From: Eukaryota sp. TZLM1-RC
Taxonomy: Eukaryota > Protista > Metamonada: BaSk clade
DNA length: 64,000 bases
Direction of reading: 5' to 3'
Assembly: GCA_040285825.1 (NCBI GenBank)
Contig: JAUPSS010000011.1
Coordinates: forward strand, 186,001-250,000
In this document: in pieces, positions 11,512-22,292 of the stretch
Layout: each line of letters starts with the position of its first letter
How positions within the stretch are numbered: the first letter of the stretch is position 1
The notes under the pieces: model-generated
What the model saw: the letters and a program-made list of their open reading frames with translations, nothing else
What the model was told of the DNA's origin: nothing
The model's database searches: none
Position numbers and translations under genes: made by a program

Positions 11512-11943
11512 ATGTTCGGAAAAGTGACAAAAAGAGTCCACAAATTTTGGAAATTTCCAATGACCGATTTTAGTAGTGCCTACCGTGAAGACATTAAACC
11601 TCATACTGGTGGTTACTTACAAGTCTACGAGAAGCTTTCTCCTTCATTGAGAGCTTATGTGCGTCGAAATGCAGTAGAAAACTGGTTTGTTGGAATTACA
11701 TCCAATGGCAAGGAAGGCTTACGTGCTCGATGGAATGGTAAGTACAAGAAGCGTGATTTTCACAAAATAATATGGCTCTACTCAACTGGAAGCCAGGATT
11801 TCGCAAGAAGACTAGAAACAAAACTTGTACAGGGTTTTGAACACTACACTACCATTGATAACGAACGAGGTGGTGGTGGAGGGAACAACTCAAGAAAGCC
11901 ACCTTATGTCGTTTACTGTGCTTATAAATCAAAGCAAAAGTAA
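11512..11943 (+). CDS. Small GIY-YIG-like protein
   Basis: WFVGIT...LRARW...LYST.S...ARRLETKLV...IDNERGGGG resembles the GIY-YIG order G-R-E-N; the start may instead be the ATG near 11560. Confidence 0.5.
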   Translation: MFGKVTKRVHKFWKFPMTDFSSAYREDIKPHTGGYLQVYEKLSPSLRAYVRRNAVENWFVGITSNGKEGLRARWNGKYKKRDFHKIIWLYSTGSQDFARRLETKLVQGFEHYTTIDNERGGGGGNNSRKPPYVVYCAYKSKQK

Positions 11944-12194
11944 GTCATGTCTTTAAACACTGCTCATCAAACTCTTGTGGGCCTCTTCCAACTTTAGATA
12001 TACCTGTTCTACCACCTGTAAACACAACAATCATCATATCAAGCTTAGCAAGGTGATATCCCTCAAATTTAAATGTAGGAACCAAGAGTTAGCAAAGTGA
12101 ATCACATTGAATCCAGGAAAGAGTGGAAGTCATCAGATTGAAAATTAAACAAAAACTGATTTTTGAGTTATTAAAAGAATAAAAAGACTAAATT

Positions 12195-14102
12195 TTATTG
12201 ATCAAGGGGAAACAAATCCTTCATAACCTTGGGAAAACCAGCGAGAACATTAGAATTGGCAAAAGAATGTGGTGGAGAAAGATCTGAAAGAGAACCAATT
12301 CCATCATTTCCAACAAGTGGTGGGAGATTGAGCAAGTCCAAAATTTGTTGGACTTCTTCAGAATCCTTGTCTTTGAGAAACTGAGTGAGATCCTGAAATC
12401 TATTGTTCAACTTGGAAATTTCGGTCTCCAACAATTTCTTTTCTTTTGACTGACGTTGATTATTCTTGACTTTTTTTGACTTGTTCTTACTCTTATTATT
12501 ATTCTTCTTTTTTGGTTCACGAGATGATTCTGATGTTGGCATCAATACTGTGGTCTTTTGTGATTCATCCAAGTCTTCTAGCCTTTTAGGCCGTTCAATA
12601 TCATCTACTGTAGGGACAGAAGTTGGCAATTCTGGTGGTTTGAAGTCAGTTTGCAAGGCAGAAAACAGATCCAACTTCATAGGTTGATCATTTTTTGATC
12701 GAAGATTGAGCGGATGTGGTCCAAAGGAAGTGAACTCCTCGCACTGATCAACCATTTGTCTTTCTTCACGCTCAGGTTCGATGGTAAAAGAGTCCATTAG
12801 ACCAGGAGGTCCCATCCATGAACCAAAGTGCAGTTGTGTGGTTGTAGCTGAAATTGGGGAATCAGGTTCCTCTGTTGATTTCAAAAGCGATAGTCCCGCA
12901 TCACTTGAATCCAAGGGAGTTGTATCTTGAACACAGGATAGAGATGAAGAAAAGTCAAAGAGATCAGAATCTATTGAAGCAAATAGTGAATCTTGTGCTG
13001 GCTTTGATGAACACCAACTATCGCTTGTGCACTCCTCCTCTTCCCTCTCCTCTGCATGCTCTTCCTCCTCCACAGTGACGTTGCTGATGTCCTCATTAGG
13101 AGGCTGTAGTACTGTTTGTTCAGCGTCAATGACGGGAGTTGATGTGAATTCAGGGTTTCCCTCAGTTAAATGTAAAGACTGCGGATGTCTTGCAAGGTAT
13201 TCTACAATGTCGTCGTGTATAGGCCAATCCGTAATTTCATCTGGGACTGTTCCACTGGCCCTAATGTCCCGACCCAGTGTGTAGGGAGGAGGAAAAACTG
13301 AAGGCCATGATGTGAGTTTCTCAAAATTAGGTATTGGTGTTATTTGAGAATCTTGTGGAATCTGTGTGAAAATTGAATCAAATGTTGGACGAATTGCATT
13401 ATAAAACGGTGAATTTGGTGTGTGATTCATTTCTTCTTTTTTGAACGAAACATCTTGTGGTGCTATTGAATGGAGATAAAGACAAGATGGAGCTGAACAT
13501 GGTAAGCCCCGGAGGAAAAAAGAACAATATTTCGTTGTACCAAACGATGCTTTAAGATTGTAACCTTCAAAATCAAGACCATCTAAAGCATAGACGGTCA
13601 ATGCAGCAGCATGTTGTGTTTCGAATGTGAGGTAAGCTGAAACTGTGGGACCTACTGGGGTATCGACTATACGACTAATATTGACCATAATCTTTTTAAG
13701 AGCACCATACTGACCCAGGTATTCAAATTTAAAAAGTATATTTTCATTGGCAATAAAGCAAGGTAGCCCAACTAAATAAACTAAATTCTTTGTAACAACT
13801 CGCATTTGACCAAGGTTTGGAGGAATCTTTTGAGGCAAGGGTTTAGGGGGCCGCGGTGGTTCTCGCTGGACTGTTTTGAATGGTTCTGTGGATTGTGAGG
13901 AAGAGACCGTGATGAGGTTCTCCTCCAGAGGGTGCCGACAGGCTGGGCACAGAGGATGTGGACCTTCCGAGATGCGTTTGCGACAAAAACCGCAGATTTG
14001 ATAACCACAGTTACAGGACGTCGAAAGATCTATTGAGTCTAGAGGTGTTATGCAGAGAGGACATGTTCTGTTTCCGTGTTCGTCGTAGTAAAGAGATGAC
14101 AT
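12195..14102 (-). CDS. CNOT4: CCR4-NOT subunit NOT4 E3 ligase
   Basis: C4C4 RING (CPLC..CNCGYQICGFC..CPACR), RRM (KNLVYLVGL..LKASFGTTKYC), C3H zinc finger (CSFFLRG..C..CLYLH); ATG at 14102. Confidence 0.9.
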   Translation of the reverse strand: MSSLYYDEHGNRTCPLCITPLDSIDLSTSCNCGYQICGFCRKRISEGPHPLCPACRHPLEENLITVSSSQSTEPFKTVQREPPRPPKPLPQKIPPNLGQMRVVTKNLVYLVGLPCFIANENILFKFEYLGQYGALKKIMVNISRIVDTPVGPTVSAYLTFETQHAAALTVYALDGLDFEGYNLKASFGTTKYCSFFLRGLPCSAPSCLYLHSIAPQDVSFKKEEMNHTPNSPFYNAIRPTFDSIFTQIPQDSQITPIPNFEKLTSWPSVFPPPYTLGRDIRASGTVPDEITDWPIHDDIVEYLARHPQSLHLTEGNPEFTSTPVIDAEQTVLQPPNEDISNVTVEEEEHAEEREEEECTSDSWCSSKPAQDSLFASIDSDLFDFSSSLSCVQDTTPLDSSDAGLSLLKSTEEPDSPISATTTQLHFGSWMGPPGLMDSFTIEPEREERQMVDQCEEFTSFGPHPLNLRSKNDQPMKLDLFSALQTDFKPPELPTSVPTVDDIERPKRLEDLDESQKTTVLMPTSESSREPKKKNNNKSKNKSKKVKNNQRQSKEKKLLETEISKLNNRFQDLTQFLKDKDSEEVQQILDLLNLPPLVGNDGIGSLSDLSPPHSFANSNVLAGFPKVMKDLFPLDQ

Positions 14103-14207
14103 TAGTGAAGTCTCCCAGTTCAAGAATTAAGTTGGGGGAAATTGAGACAGATTACCTATTCTTGTAGCGACTATTCTTTTGGTTTCGGTTCCTCAACACA
14201 ATCCTCA
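14103..14207. promoter_or_regulatory. Probable bidirectional promoter, NOT4 / PI3K
   Basis: Only 105 bp separate the two divergent ATGs. Confidence 0.55.
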
Positions 14208-17200
14208 ATGTCAAACCAAAGCGAGTCTCTTATTCGATGGATCAACAGCCTTGACCCTTCTCTTTCTGTTTCTGACATCCAGGAAGACCTCCGAGATGGA
14301 TATGTTCTTGCACAGATCATAGACATCATCAAACCTGGATTAATCTCATTTCGCTCTCTTCAACGTCCTTCCCCTGGTCGTCAACTCAACCGTTTCGCTC
14401 TTCTTGGCAACTGCAACTACGTCCTTGATAAACTCTCTGAGATCGGTGTTAGCTTGGTCAACATTCACGCCTCGAATCTGGCAGAAGGCGATACCAAACT
14501 TTTATATTCCCTGCTTACCCAACTTCAACGCAAACTTCTAATCTCCACTCACTTTGCAACATCCTCCAATGTCCCAAATGACGTCTCAGACAGCCAGATC
14601 CTTGCTCTGAGCAACCCAGTTGTTGCTGAGGTAGGAGGCGTAGAGGTAAACTCCATAAGAAGTGAAGAGGTGAAGAGTGGAAGGTACCTGGTTTGGTTGT
14701 TGACCGCTGTTTTTGGACAATCGGAAGTGATTGGTCTTTGTTGTTCAAGTGAAAGTCTTTGTGTTTCTGACCTAGTCTCAAAATGTCAGAGTTTGCTTGA
14801 AAGTAGTGTTTACGTCACTGAAAGAGATATTTTGAATGGCAATTCGAAAACAATTGGACCATTAATAATGGCAATTTTAGCAAAGAGAAAGGTCACTAAT
14901 AAGCAGGAAGAGATCACTGACAAGCAAGAAGAGATCACTGACAAGCAAGAAGAGATCACTAATAAGCAAGAAGAGATCATGACACCTGTCACTTTTGAAA
15001 TCAAAGCCGAGGAACCATCACTTGTCTCAACCATTAAGTCCAATCTCTCTTTATTTGAATCAGATCATGATTCATCAACGGACAACGAGGAAGATGACGA
15101 CGAAGAAGAAGAAAGCTTCATTGATAGCACCGTTGAAGAATCTATTGATAGTGGTCTTGCTGATTCTGATAGTCAATCGGATTCTGATAGTCAATTGGAT
15201 TCTGATAGTGATTTCGCCCTGTTTGAAGAGGAAGTGGTTGTGGAGACTCCAATTGTTGAAGATGAATTTTGTGAAACAACGAATTGGGAAAATGAAATGG
15301 CTCTTTTGCTAGGAGTTTCTGATGTTTCTGAGTTTATAACCGTTCAAAAGGAAGGTGGTCATCAATCAGAAAGTGATCTGATTGCTGATCCTGATTATGA
15401 GCTTTTGGATCACGTTATTACTCACTCATCTCTTGATCTATCCGCTCAGAAGTCAAAAGAAGTCACCCAACATCCTTTGGAAATGGAGGGACCACCACTT
15501 CCCGATAATTATCACGAATTTAGCCAGCATTTGTCTGATTTACTAATTGTCAGAGCTTTTTTACCTAATAATGTCAAGCAAACTGTGCGAGTTAAACATG
15601 ACCAGACAGTTCAATCATTATTGGATCAATTATGGGTCAAATTTAGAAAGACAAATCCTGACTATGACATCACCGAACGTGATTTTGCTATTAAAATTAG
15701 TGGAAAATCCGAGTTTTTCGTTGGAAATTCGCCCTTATTCCATTATTCATCTGTTTTTGATGTTTTATTGGAAAAACCTTCCATTTTAGATATTTCATTT
15801 ATGCCCATTGAGGATTTTAATGGATGGTTTTCCTTTTTTAATACGAATAATAGGTCAGAAAACGATCACAACGACGTTTTGACACGTGTTGCTGACGTGT
15901 CACTTCCCAAAGAACTTTCCTTGTCTGATAGTTACAATCATCGTGATGTTTCTGCTCCATTTACGGTCAAAATTCATGGAATTTCAAACATTTTCCCCAC
16001 CACATCACGTTTACTCAGTCAATTGAACAAACTTAAAGGCACGGATGATTTATTCAGGAGCAATTTGTACATTTTGGGTAGCTGCAGTGTTGTGTTTGGG
16101 GATAAAGTGATTTCAAAACCAAAAACCACACTTTTATCCATGCTTACATGTCAAAATGTGTTTTTTGAAGATACAGAAATTGAATTAAGTAAGGAAGTCT
16201 CACAAATTCCTAATGGTTCTCGACTAGTTTTGAACTTTTTTGCTCTAACCAAACCCCCAGGTGATGATGTCAGCAATAACGTGACTGCTGACGATAATGA
16301 CATATCAGAAGATCAAAAATACAGCTCAACGCCTCTTTTTGACCTTGTTTCAGCTGTTGTTAACTCAGTTCAACCCGTACCCACAAGATCTTTTGTGTAC
16401 AAGCAAAAGAAACATGCACCACCTCCTTTTGCGCCAAGAATCATCAAACATGGCGGAATTTCTCTCTGTCCTGTAGTTGCATTGTCTCTACCTCTGTTTG
16501 ATTCGTCAAACAAACTGGTGTCCGGTATCAATCAATTTGATTTATGGACTGATTGCGTGGCAGATCACGTGAAAGCTTCCTTTCCTGCTCCAAATGTTGT
16601 TTTTCATTCAGGTGAATTTCTTACCTCTCCTAAAGTTGAGCTTGAATTTCCAGAGTTTGAGAAGGAAATTCTTGCTGGGAAACATTACACAAATAATTTA
16701 GTTTCCAACCTTTTGTTTCCATTTTCCAATCAAAATGACAATCAAATCAGTAATCAAACTGTCAATCAAGAAGATGACCAAGAACCAAGTGAAGAAGAAC
16801 GAAATATTTTGGACTTTTACATGCTGAATCCTTTGAAAAAGGGCAATGAAAACGAAATTGAATTGCTATTTAAATACAAGAATACTAAGTTTATTCGAAA
16901 ATATTCGTCATTTTTGCCGAAAATTCTGTCAAATCTCAACTACTCATCTCACTCAGAGTACGATTTTGCGACCAGTCTTCTGAAGTTAGCTCAAAATGAC
17001 CCTAATTTTGACCTTGATTGTTTTGATTTGATTGGATTATTATCACCTTCATCACCCAGTCCGGAACATAGGTCATTAATAGCAAGAATCTTGTTGACCC
17101 ATTCAAATGACCCATTATTAGTAGATATTATGCTGCAGTTGTGTGCTGTTCTAAAGTACGAAGCTCACCATTTCAATTTGCTGGCAATTGGGTTGCTTTT

Positions 17201-18431
17201 AAGAGCATTGAAATCTCCATTTTTCTTTGGCCATTATTTCTTTTGGTTTTTGAAAGCAGAGTTGCATGATTTAAAAGTTCGTAAAAGATTTGGTTGCTAT
17301 TTGTATCTATTTCTCAAACATTGTACCCCTGAAACAAGGTATTTCTTGAGAAAACAAGCTTTCGTTGTAAATTCTCTAATGTCAATAGCTGATTCTGTCA
17401 GAGCGACTCCAAAACCTGAACGTTTGACCGTGTTGAGAGAGTCGCTTGAAGAAATTCAGGCTTCAAACAAGTGGCCACAAAACTTTGCCCTACCCCTCAA
17501 CCCCAAACTTGAGTTATGTAAGATCAGAACGGAGAAATGCAAGGTTATGGATACCAAGAAGTGTCCACTTTGGCTAACCTTTATCAATGCTGACGAATAT
17601 GATTCAGAAGTTTCTATTATTTTCAAAAAAGAAGATGACATGAGACAGGACGTCTTGGTTTTGCAAGTTTTTAACCTTTTCGACCGTGTGTGGAGGTCAC
17701 ACGGGTTATTTTTAGAAATGTCTATTTATAGGGCAATCAGTTGTGGCAAGTTTGTTGGAATGGTTGAAGTTGTGAAGGATTCAATGACGACTGCCCAAAT
17801 TTCAACAAAATATTCTAAAAATAGAATGAAATTTAACCAGGCTTTTGATAAGTATGTCATTGATCGCTTTTTGAAAAAGAAGAACCCTACCCCAGAATCT
17901 CTTTCCAAAGCTGTTTCTAACTTTTCAAAGTCCTTGGCTGCGTACTGCGTCGCCACCTTTGTGTTGGGTATAGGAGATCGCCATTCAGATAACGTTATGA
18001 TTTCCAAGCTAGGAAGGCTATTCCATATTGATTTTGGGCATATCTTGGGTAATTACAAGTACTTCAAAGGCATTCCACGGGAAAAGGCACCTTTTGTCTT
18101 CACTCCTGATTTTGCATATGCATTGGGCTATTACAATAAAAAGAGAAAGCAATCAGATCCTAATCATTTTAATCAATTTGTGGATTACTCTATTGCCGCT
18201 CTCAAGGTTCTTCGTCAGAATGCCAAGATTCCAATCAATGCTCTTTCTCTTATGATACACTCTGGTCTTCCTGAACTTATGTCGAGTCTTGATGTGGAAT
18301 GGGTAATGGGTTCTTTGATGCTGGATTCCACCGAAGATGTGGTAGAAGAACGATTTGAAAAGTTGATTCATGAGAGTTTGAATGCTCTCTCTACCTTGCT
18401 GAACAATGCAGTCCATCTGATGGCGCATTGA
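14208..18431 (+). CDS. Class I-like phosphatidylinositol 3-kinase with N-terminal calponin-homology domain(s)
   Basis: CH domain (LIRWINSL..DLRDGYVLAQII..IKPG), acidic linker, RBD-like, C2 and helical regions; kinase IIFKKEDDMRQD, GIGDRHSDN, HIDFGH; first ATG at 14208. Confidence 0.9.
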   Translation: MSNQSESLIRWINSLDPSLSVSDIQEDLRDGYVLAQIIDIIKPGLISFRSLQRPSPGRQLNRFALLGNCNYVLDKLSEIGVSLVNIHASNLAEGDTKLLYSLLTQLQRKLLISTHFATSSNVPNDVSDSQILALSNPVVAEVGGVEVNSIRSEEVKSGRYLVWLLTAVFGQSEVIGLCCSSESLCVSDLVSKCQSLLESSVYVTERDILNGNSKTIGPLIMAILAKRKVTNKQEEITDKQEEITDKQEEITNKQEEIMTPVTFEIKAEEPSLVSTIKSNLSLFESDHDSSTDNEEDDDEEEESFIDSTVEESIDSGLADSDSQSDSDSQLDSDSDFALFEEEVVVETPIVEDEFCETTNWENEMALLLGVSDVSEFITVQKEGGHQSESDLIADPDYELLDHVITHSSLDLSAQKSKEVTQHPLEMEGPPLPDNYHEFSQHLSDLLIVRAFLPNNVKQTVRVKHDQTVQSLLDQLWVKFRKTNPDYDITERDFAIKISGKSEFFVGNSPLFHYSSVFDVLLEKPSILDISFMPIEDFNGWFSFFNTNNRSENDHNDVLTRVADVSLPKELSLSDSYNHRDVSAPFTVKIHGISNIFPTTSRLLSQLNKLKGTDDLFRSNLYILGSCSVVFGDKVISKPKTTLLSMLTCQNVFFEDTEIELSKEVSQIPNGSRLVLNFFALTKPPGDDVSNNVTADDNDISEDQKYSSTPLFDLVSAVVNSVQPVPTRSFVYKQKKHAPPPFAPRIIKHGGISLCPVVALSLPLFDSSNKLVSGINQFDLWTDCVADHVKASFPAPNVVFHSGEFLTSPKVELEFPEFEKEILAGKHYTNNLVSNLLFPFSNQNDNQISNQTVNQEDDQEPSEEERNILDFYMLNPLKKGNENEIELLFKYKNTKFIRKYSSFLPKILSNLNYSSHSEYDFATSLLKLAQNDPNFDLDCFDLIGLLSPSSPSPEHRSLIARILLTHSNDPLLVDIMLQLCAVLKYEAHHFNLLAIGLLLRALKSPFFFGHYFFWFLKAELHDLKVRKRFGCYLYLFLKHCTPETRYFLRKQAFVVNSLMSIADSVRATPKPERLTVLRESLEEIQASNKWPQNFALPLNPKLELCKIRTEKCKVMDTKKCPLWLTFINADEYDSEVSIIFKKEDDMRQDVLVLQVFNLFDRVWRSHGLFLEMSIYRAISCGKFVGMVEVVKDSMTTAQISTKYSKNRMKFNQAFDKYVIDRFLKKKNPTPESLSKAVSNFSKSLAAYCVATFVLGIGDRHSDNVMISKLGRLFHIDFGHILGNYKYFKGIPREKAPFVFTPDFAYALGYYNKKRKQSDPNHFNQFVDYSIAALKVLRQNAKIPINALSLMIHSGLPELMSSLDVEWVMGSLMLDSTEDVVEERFEKLIHESLNALSTLLNNAVHLMAH
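14893..14979 (+). repeat. Coding 21-bp tandem repeat x4 (T[N/D]KQEEI) in the PI3K linker
   Basis: TCACT(AAT/GAC)AAGCA(G/A)GAAGAGA occurs four times in tandem. Confidence 0.9.
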
Positions 18432-18709
18432 GTTTGTTTTATTTTACTGTTTTATTATTTATTTGTATTTATTTGTATATTATGTTTTTTCCAATAAATT
18501 TCAAGATCTTTTTCTTTATTTGGGCTGGCAGTTGATTCAAACAGGAACATTGAGTAACATTGAGTTGTTGATATTTGAACTTAAACAAGACTGAGAAGGC
18601 GGCACGAGATGAATTCTTATTTCATTTTGTGGTCTCTACCCCGGAAAGTGCTAAACCATCATTCATTTATCGTTCTGAAACTATGATATTGTTTATTTTT
18701 AACAAGCTC

Positions 18710-19140
18710 GTACAGAATGAATTTCTGAATCGTTTCACTGAAGAATGTTCATCGTTTTGTCCATTATCTATCAATTATTTGCAATTAATTAGTGATCTCG
18801 ATGTTGCAATTAATGAAGGTGCATCATAAAGTGGTGTCTATGTTTTCCTGACACTCTGTTCAATTGATTCCTCCCAGAAATTTGATCAATTTAAGGTATT
18901 GTGTAAAACAGCTTCAACAAACACTTACAGTAATTTTTGAAGGCTTGGACTATAAAATACGAGTTTACGAGCACAGTGGATGATTATGAAAATACTGTTT
19001 TTTGTTCAATTGATCAAGCACCTTGAAATTGTGGTTTGTTTCTGGATAACCATTGTTTTCTTTGCTCTCTCTTATCGCCTATTTTTATTGATAATTTTCC
19101 ACATGGTTTATGTTGCAGATAGACACAGTCCGTGATTAGT
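18710..19140 (+). mobile_element. Highly degenerate CRE-like retrotransposon remnant
   Basis: EFLNRFTE and PRNLINLRYCVKQLQQTLTVIFE parallel FEFSERFAD and PEKNVLNLKYTLRTLQKRLTGMYE of the better-preserved copies. Confidence 0.55.
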
Positions 19141-19435
19141 TCTATTGTAAGTGTAAAGTGAAAAAAATTGAATCATTTGTTAGAACCTTTGTTTACTAAT
19201 TAGAGAAATGATTATAACAAAAAAATTTTTTGGTGTTAGGTGCGGAGATGTGTTGGTTTAGTCCCTTGATGATTATTATTATTGATGTCAGATCCAGAGG
19301 TGTTGTAACTTTAATCAAATGAATGTACACTATCTTGAAATTCAGTTTCAAGTATAAATGTTCAGGCAAAATCATCAAGTATGGTGAAAAAAATCTATGA
19401 TTTTTGGTCTTATTGAATTCCAACACTTATCAAAA

Positions 19436-20100
19436 TAAACTCATAACGAATGGGACTTTATTCAATGAACCAAGATTTCCTCTGCAAAATTCTGATCTGT
19501 TTGTTTTCTCGCTTTTGTTCCTCTTATTTGATTAGAGAACCGAGGTAATCTATTAATTATGGCAAATTAAACTTGTGAGCACCTCAAAAAGTAATTAAAG
19601 GCTTGCATTAACTAATTGTGAACCAATTTTAGGTAATGATTCCAAAAATTTGCTGCGTTCACTGATGGTCTTCCATTTATAGAAAATGGAAAAAGCATTA
19701 GTAGCAACTTCCGCACTTCAACCAGCATTAGCTTCGATAGCTTTTCTCATATTTCAATGATTTCCATCGACTATGTGGTCAAGTCCTTCTTTGAGTCAAA
19801 TTGTCATTTGCAACATTAAAATATCAACAATAACTTCAAAGTTATCAATCCAATCACAGTATATATCACCTTTATCATTATAACCAAACTTCTTTAATGA
19901 CAATGTTTCTCTAAGCAAAGGCTCTTTAATACATGAGATTCTTGCATTTCGTGCCATATTAAAAACAGTGTCTCTGACAGCATCATTTAATGAAGAACAA
20001 TAAGTTATCAATTTGGAACAAATTCAGGTTTTATTTAACGGAAGGCGGGCAAAGGAATATACAGACGTAATCTCAATTTTGTTACAAAAGCTTCATTATT
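19436..20100 (-). mobile_element. Degenerate 5'-truncated CRE-like retrotransposon (family A), RLE region
   Basis: ORF 19796-20011 DAVRDTVFNMARNARISCIKEPLL..GDIYCDWID; 3' end matches the other copies. Confidence 0.85.
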
Positions 20101-20629
20101 AATTCATCAATAATTTGAATACCAACTCACACACCTAATACCTTCTTTGTTCTTTTGCTTTCTCCATATTTGGAACCTTGGGTAGAACTGCTTTATCTCT
20201 TCAACACAATTGGGCTACAATATTTTATTCAACAACAAATATGAAAACATAAAATACACAATTAAAACTCCACATTGGGCTACAATTGTTGAAAAAAGAA
20301 CAAAAAATAATAATTTTTAGCTGCACTTTCTTGCAAAATAGTATTGTATTTTCTATTTCTATGGGAATGCATAGCCTCTTTCTGGCTCGTTTTTATCACT
20401 AGGAAGCCATTATGAGAGGAACGCTGTTGGTAAGTTTTGAATCCTTGTTGTGGAGTTTAAGTGATTCAGAACAAAATTTTATTGAACTACAACACTTGAT
20501 AAAATTAAACAATGACAATGCCTTTATATATATTCACGGATGGTAGACTTTGTTGTGGACAAGGAAAAGAAGATATTCAGTGTTTGAAAATATTCATTTT
20601 GAAAAAAGTTTGGTAAATCAGTCAATGTC

Positions 20630-21460
20630 ATGATACCTAGTATTCAACTTCCTTCTTGGGTGTTATCAGATGTGCTTCTTGTTATTAGTGAATCTACCTT
20701 TGAACGTTGTAAACTAGTGTCTAGACGTTTTGAGAATGAATGTTTATCCATTATTGAAGCTCGCCACTGTCGACATCTTGAGACAGAGAAGTTGACACTG
20801 CATTTACAACAAAAACAACCTCTGAGCCAAGTACAAGATAGGTTGAAGGAGGGTAAGTTCAACAACTTGTCAGGTATTCTACTTTCTGATGTGGATAAGG
20901 ACCTCGGTTGCTTAGAATCCCTGACTTCACTGTCTGCCTATTGGCAGGGCCGTGGTCCTCGAAAGGCCATAAAGAACCTTTTGAATTTGAAACGGCTTAC
21001 CGATATTACTATTAGACAGTTTGCAGGACCTCCTGGTGACAACGAAACCGCCCCACTACTTCCTCTCTACATTGATTCGGCGAAGTTGTTCTTCTCTGAT
21101 TTTGAGTTTACCTTACGTCGAATTCCCCCTTACATTAGGTTTCTGGAGCTTGAAGGTTTTTGTGGGGGTTTGGATTTTAAATTTGTTTTATATACAGTCA
21201 AAAAGGCCAAGTATCTGAAGAAGCTCTCTATTTCATGCATGGATGTTTCATTTACCGGCACAGAAGCTTCTGCTTTTGCAGGGTTTGAATCAGACTTAAA
21301 CCTCACCATTACTGATACTGAATGTATTGATTGTGGGAGCTACATTGGAAGTTCTGATTACTATACTTGCAGTCATGAAGCATTGCTGAACAATTGGTTT
21401 CCAAACCTTGAAATTTATCTAGATGATTATCCATATGCTGATGAATGTGATTCTTATTGA
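20630..21460 (+). CDS. F-box protein with LRR-like C-terminal region
   Basis: N-terminal IQLPSWVLSDVL...CKLVSRRF F-box signature; LxxLxI-type repeats. Confidence 0.65.
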   Translation: MIPSIQLPSWVLSDVLLVISESTFERCKLVSRRFENECLSIIEARHCRHLETEKLTLHLQQKQPLSQVQDRLKEGKFNNLSGILLSDVDKDLGCLESLTSLSAYWQGRGPRKAIKNLLNLKRLTDITIRQFAGPPGDNETAPLLPLYIDSAKLFFSDFEFTLRRIPPYIRFLELEGFCGGLDFKFVLYTVKKAKYLKKLSISCMDVSFTGTEASAFAGFESDLNLTITDTECIDCGSYIGSSDYYTCSHEALLNNWFPNLEIYLDDYPYADECDSY

Positions 21461-21879
21461 AGAAAATAATAAACTACACTAAATAGACCACTACTAAAAA
21501 CTAAATTAATCACTACTCCAAATTTAATCATCTTTTCTATCTTTTAAAAATTGACTTTAAACCATGTACAATCTGTTACTATGAATAGTAACAGAGTTTT
21601 CATTTTTTGAAAAGAAACTTCATTTCTGAACAGCATTAATTAAATCTCATTTTTTCCGAAGTATTAATTAATAAATTATTGTTCACTTAAATTTTGACAC
21701 TCTCAAGGCCATTGTAGACGAGATTTTTAGTTCCTAAGAACCAAACTATGTAATGTGTGTTTAATATTTTTATTTAAATACAACTTAATCATGATTATCA
21801 TCATCTAAAATACCCTTGGTCCATCAATTTCCGGCGTCATTATTTCTTCTTTGAATCAAACATTTCGTAGTTAAGAATT

Positions 21880-21975
21880 ACATAATTATTAATTTAATGT
21901 TGGGCAATGTTGCTTGAAGGGAAGTGTCCCAAATCCTAAACAGTCCTTTCAATATGCTAAATGCCGTTTGAATTT
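21880..21975 (-). mobile_element. Possible PIF/Harbinger transposase remnant
   Basis: Short peptide IQTAFSILKGLFRIW resembles the Harbinger IERAFGxLKxRFRIL motif; no other support. Confidence 0.3.
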
Positions 21976-22292
21976 AGTCAAAATGAAACAATATGAATAA
22001 AAATTTAAATGTTTAAACTGTTCAAAAACGACAAACATTAGACACTAAATGACCTAAATTTCAAGATTTATAATACAGCAAACAAAAATCGCAAAAATTA
22101 ACGGAAATTTGGTATAAAATCCCGCTAAAATTAGGGGAACTCCACTAGACAAAAAATAAAAACAAATTAAATAAAAAAGCCGAGTAAACTAGAAATAAAA
22201 GAAAAGAAAACCCAATTTCTTGTTCATTCATCTTGTTACCATTGACAAATTGAACCACCAATTGTTCCATAAAGAGAAGGAAAACATCAAAT

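Noticed and set aside
14893-14979. CRISPR-like array
   Set aside because: In-frame 21-bp coding minisatellite without spacers, in a eukaryotic gene.
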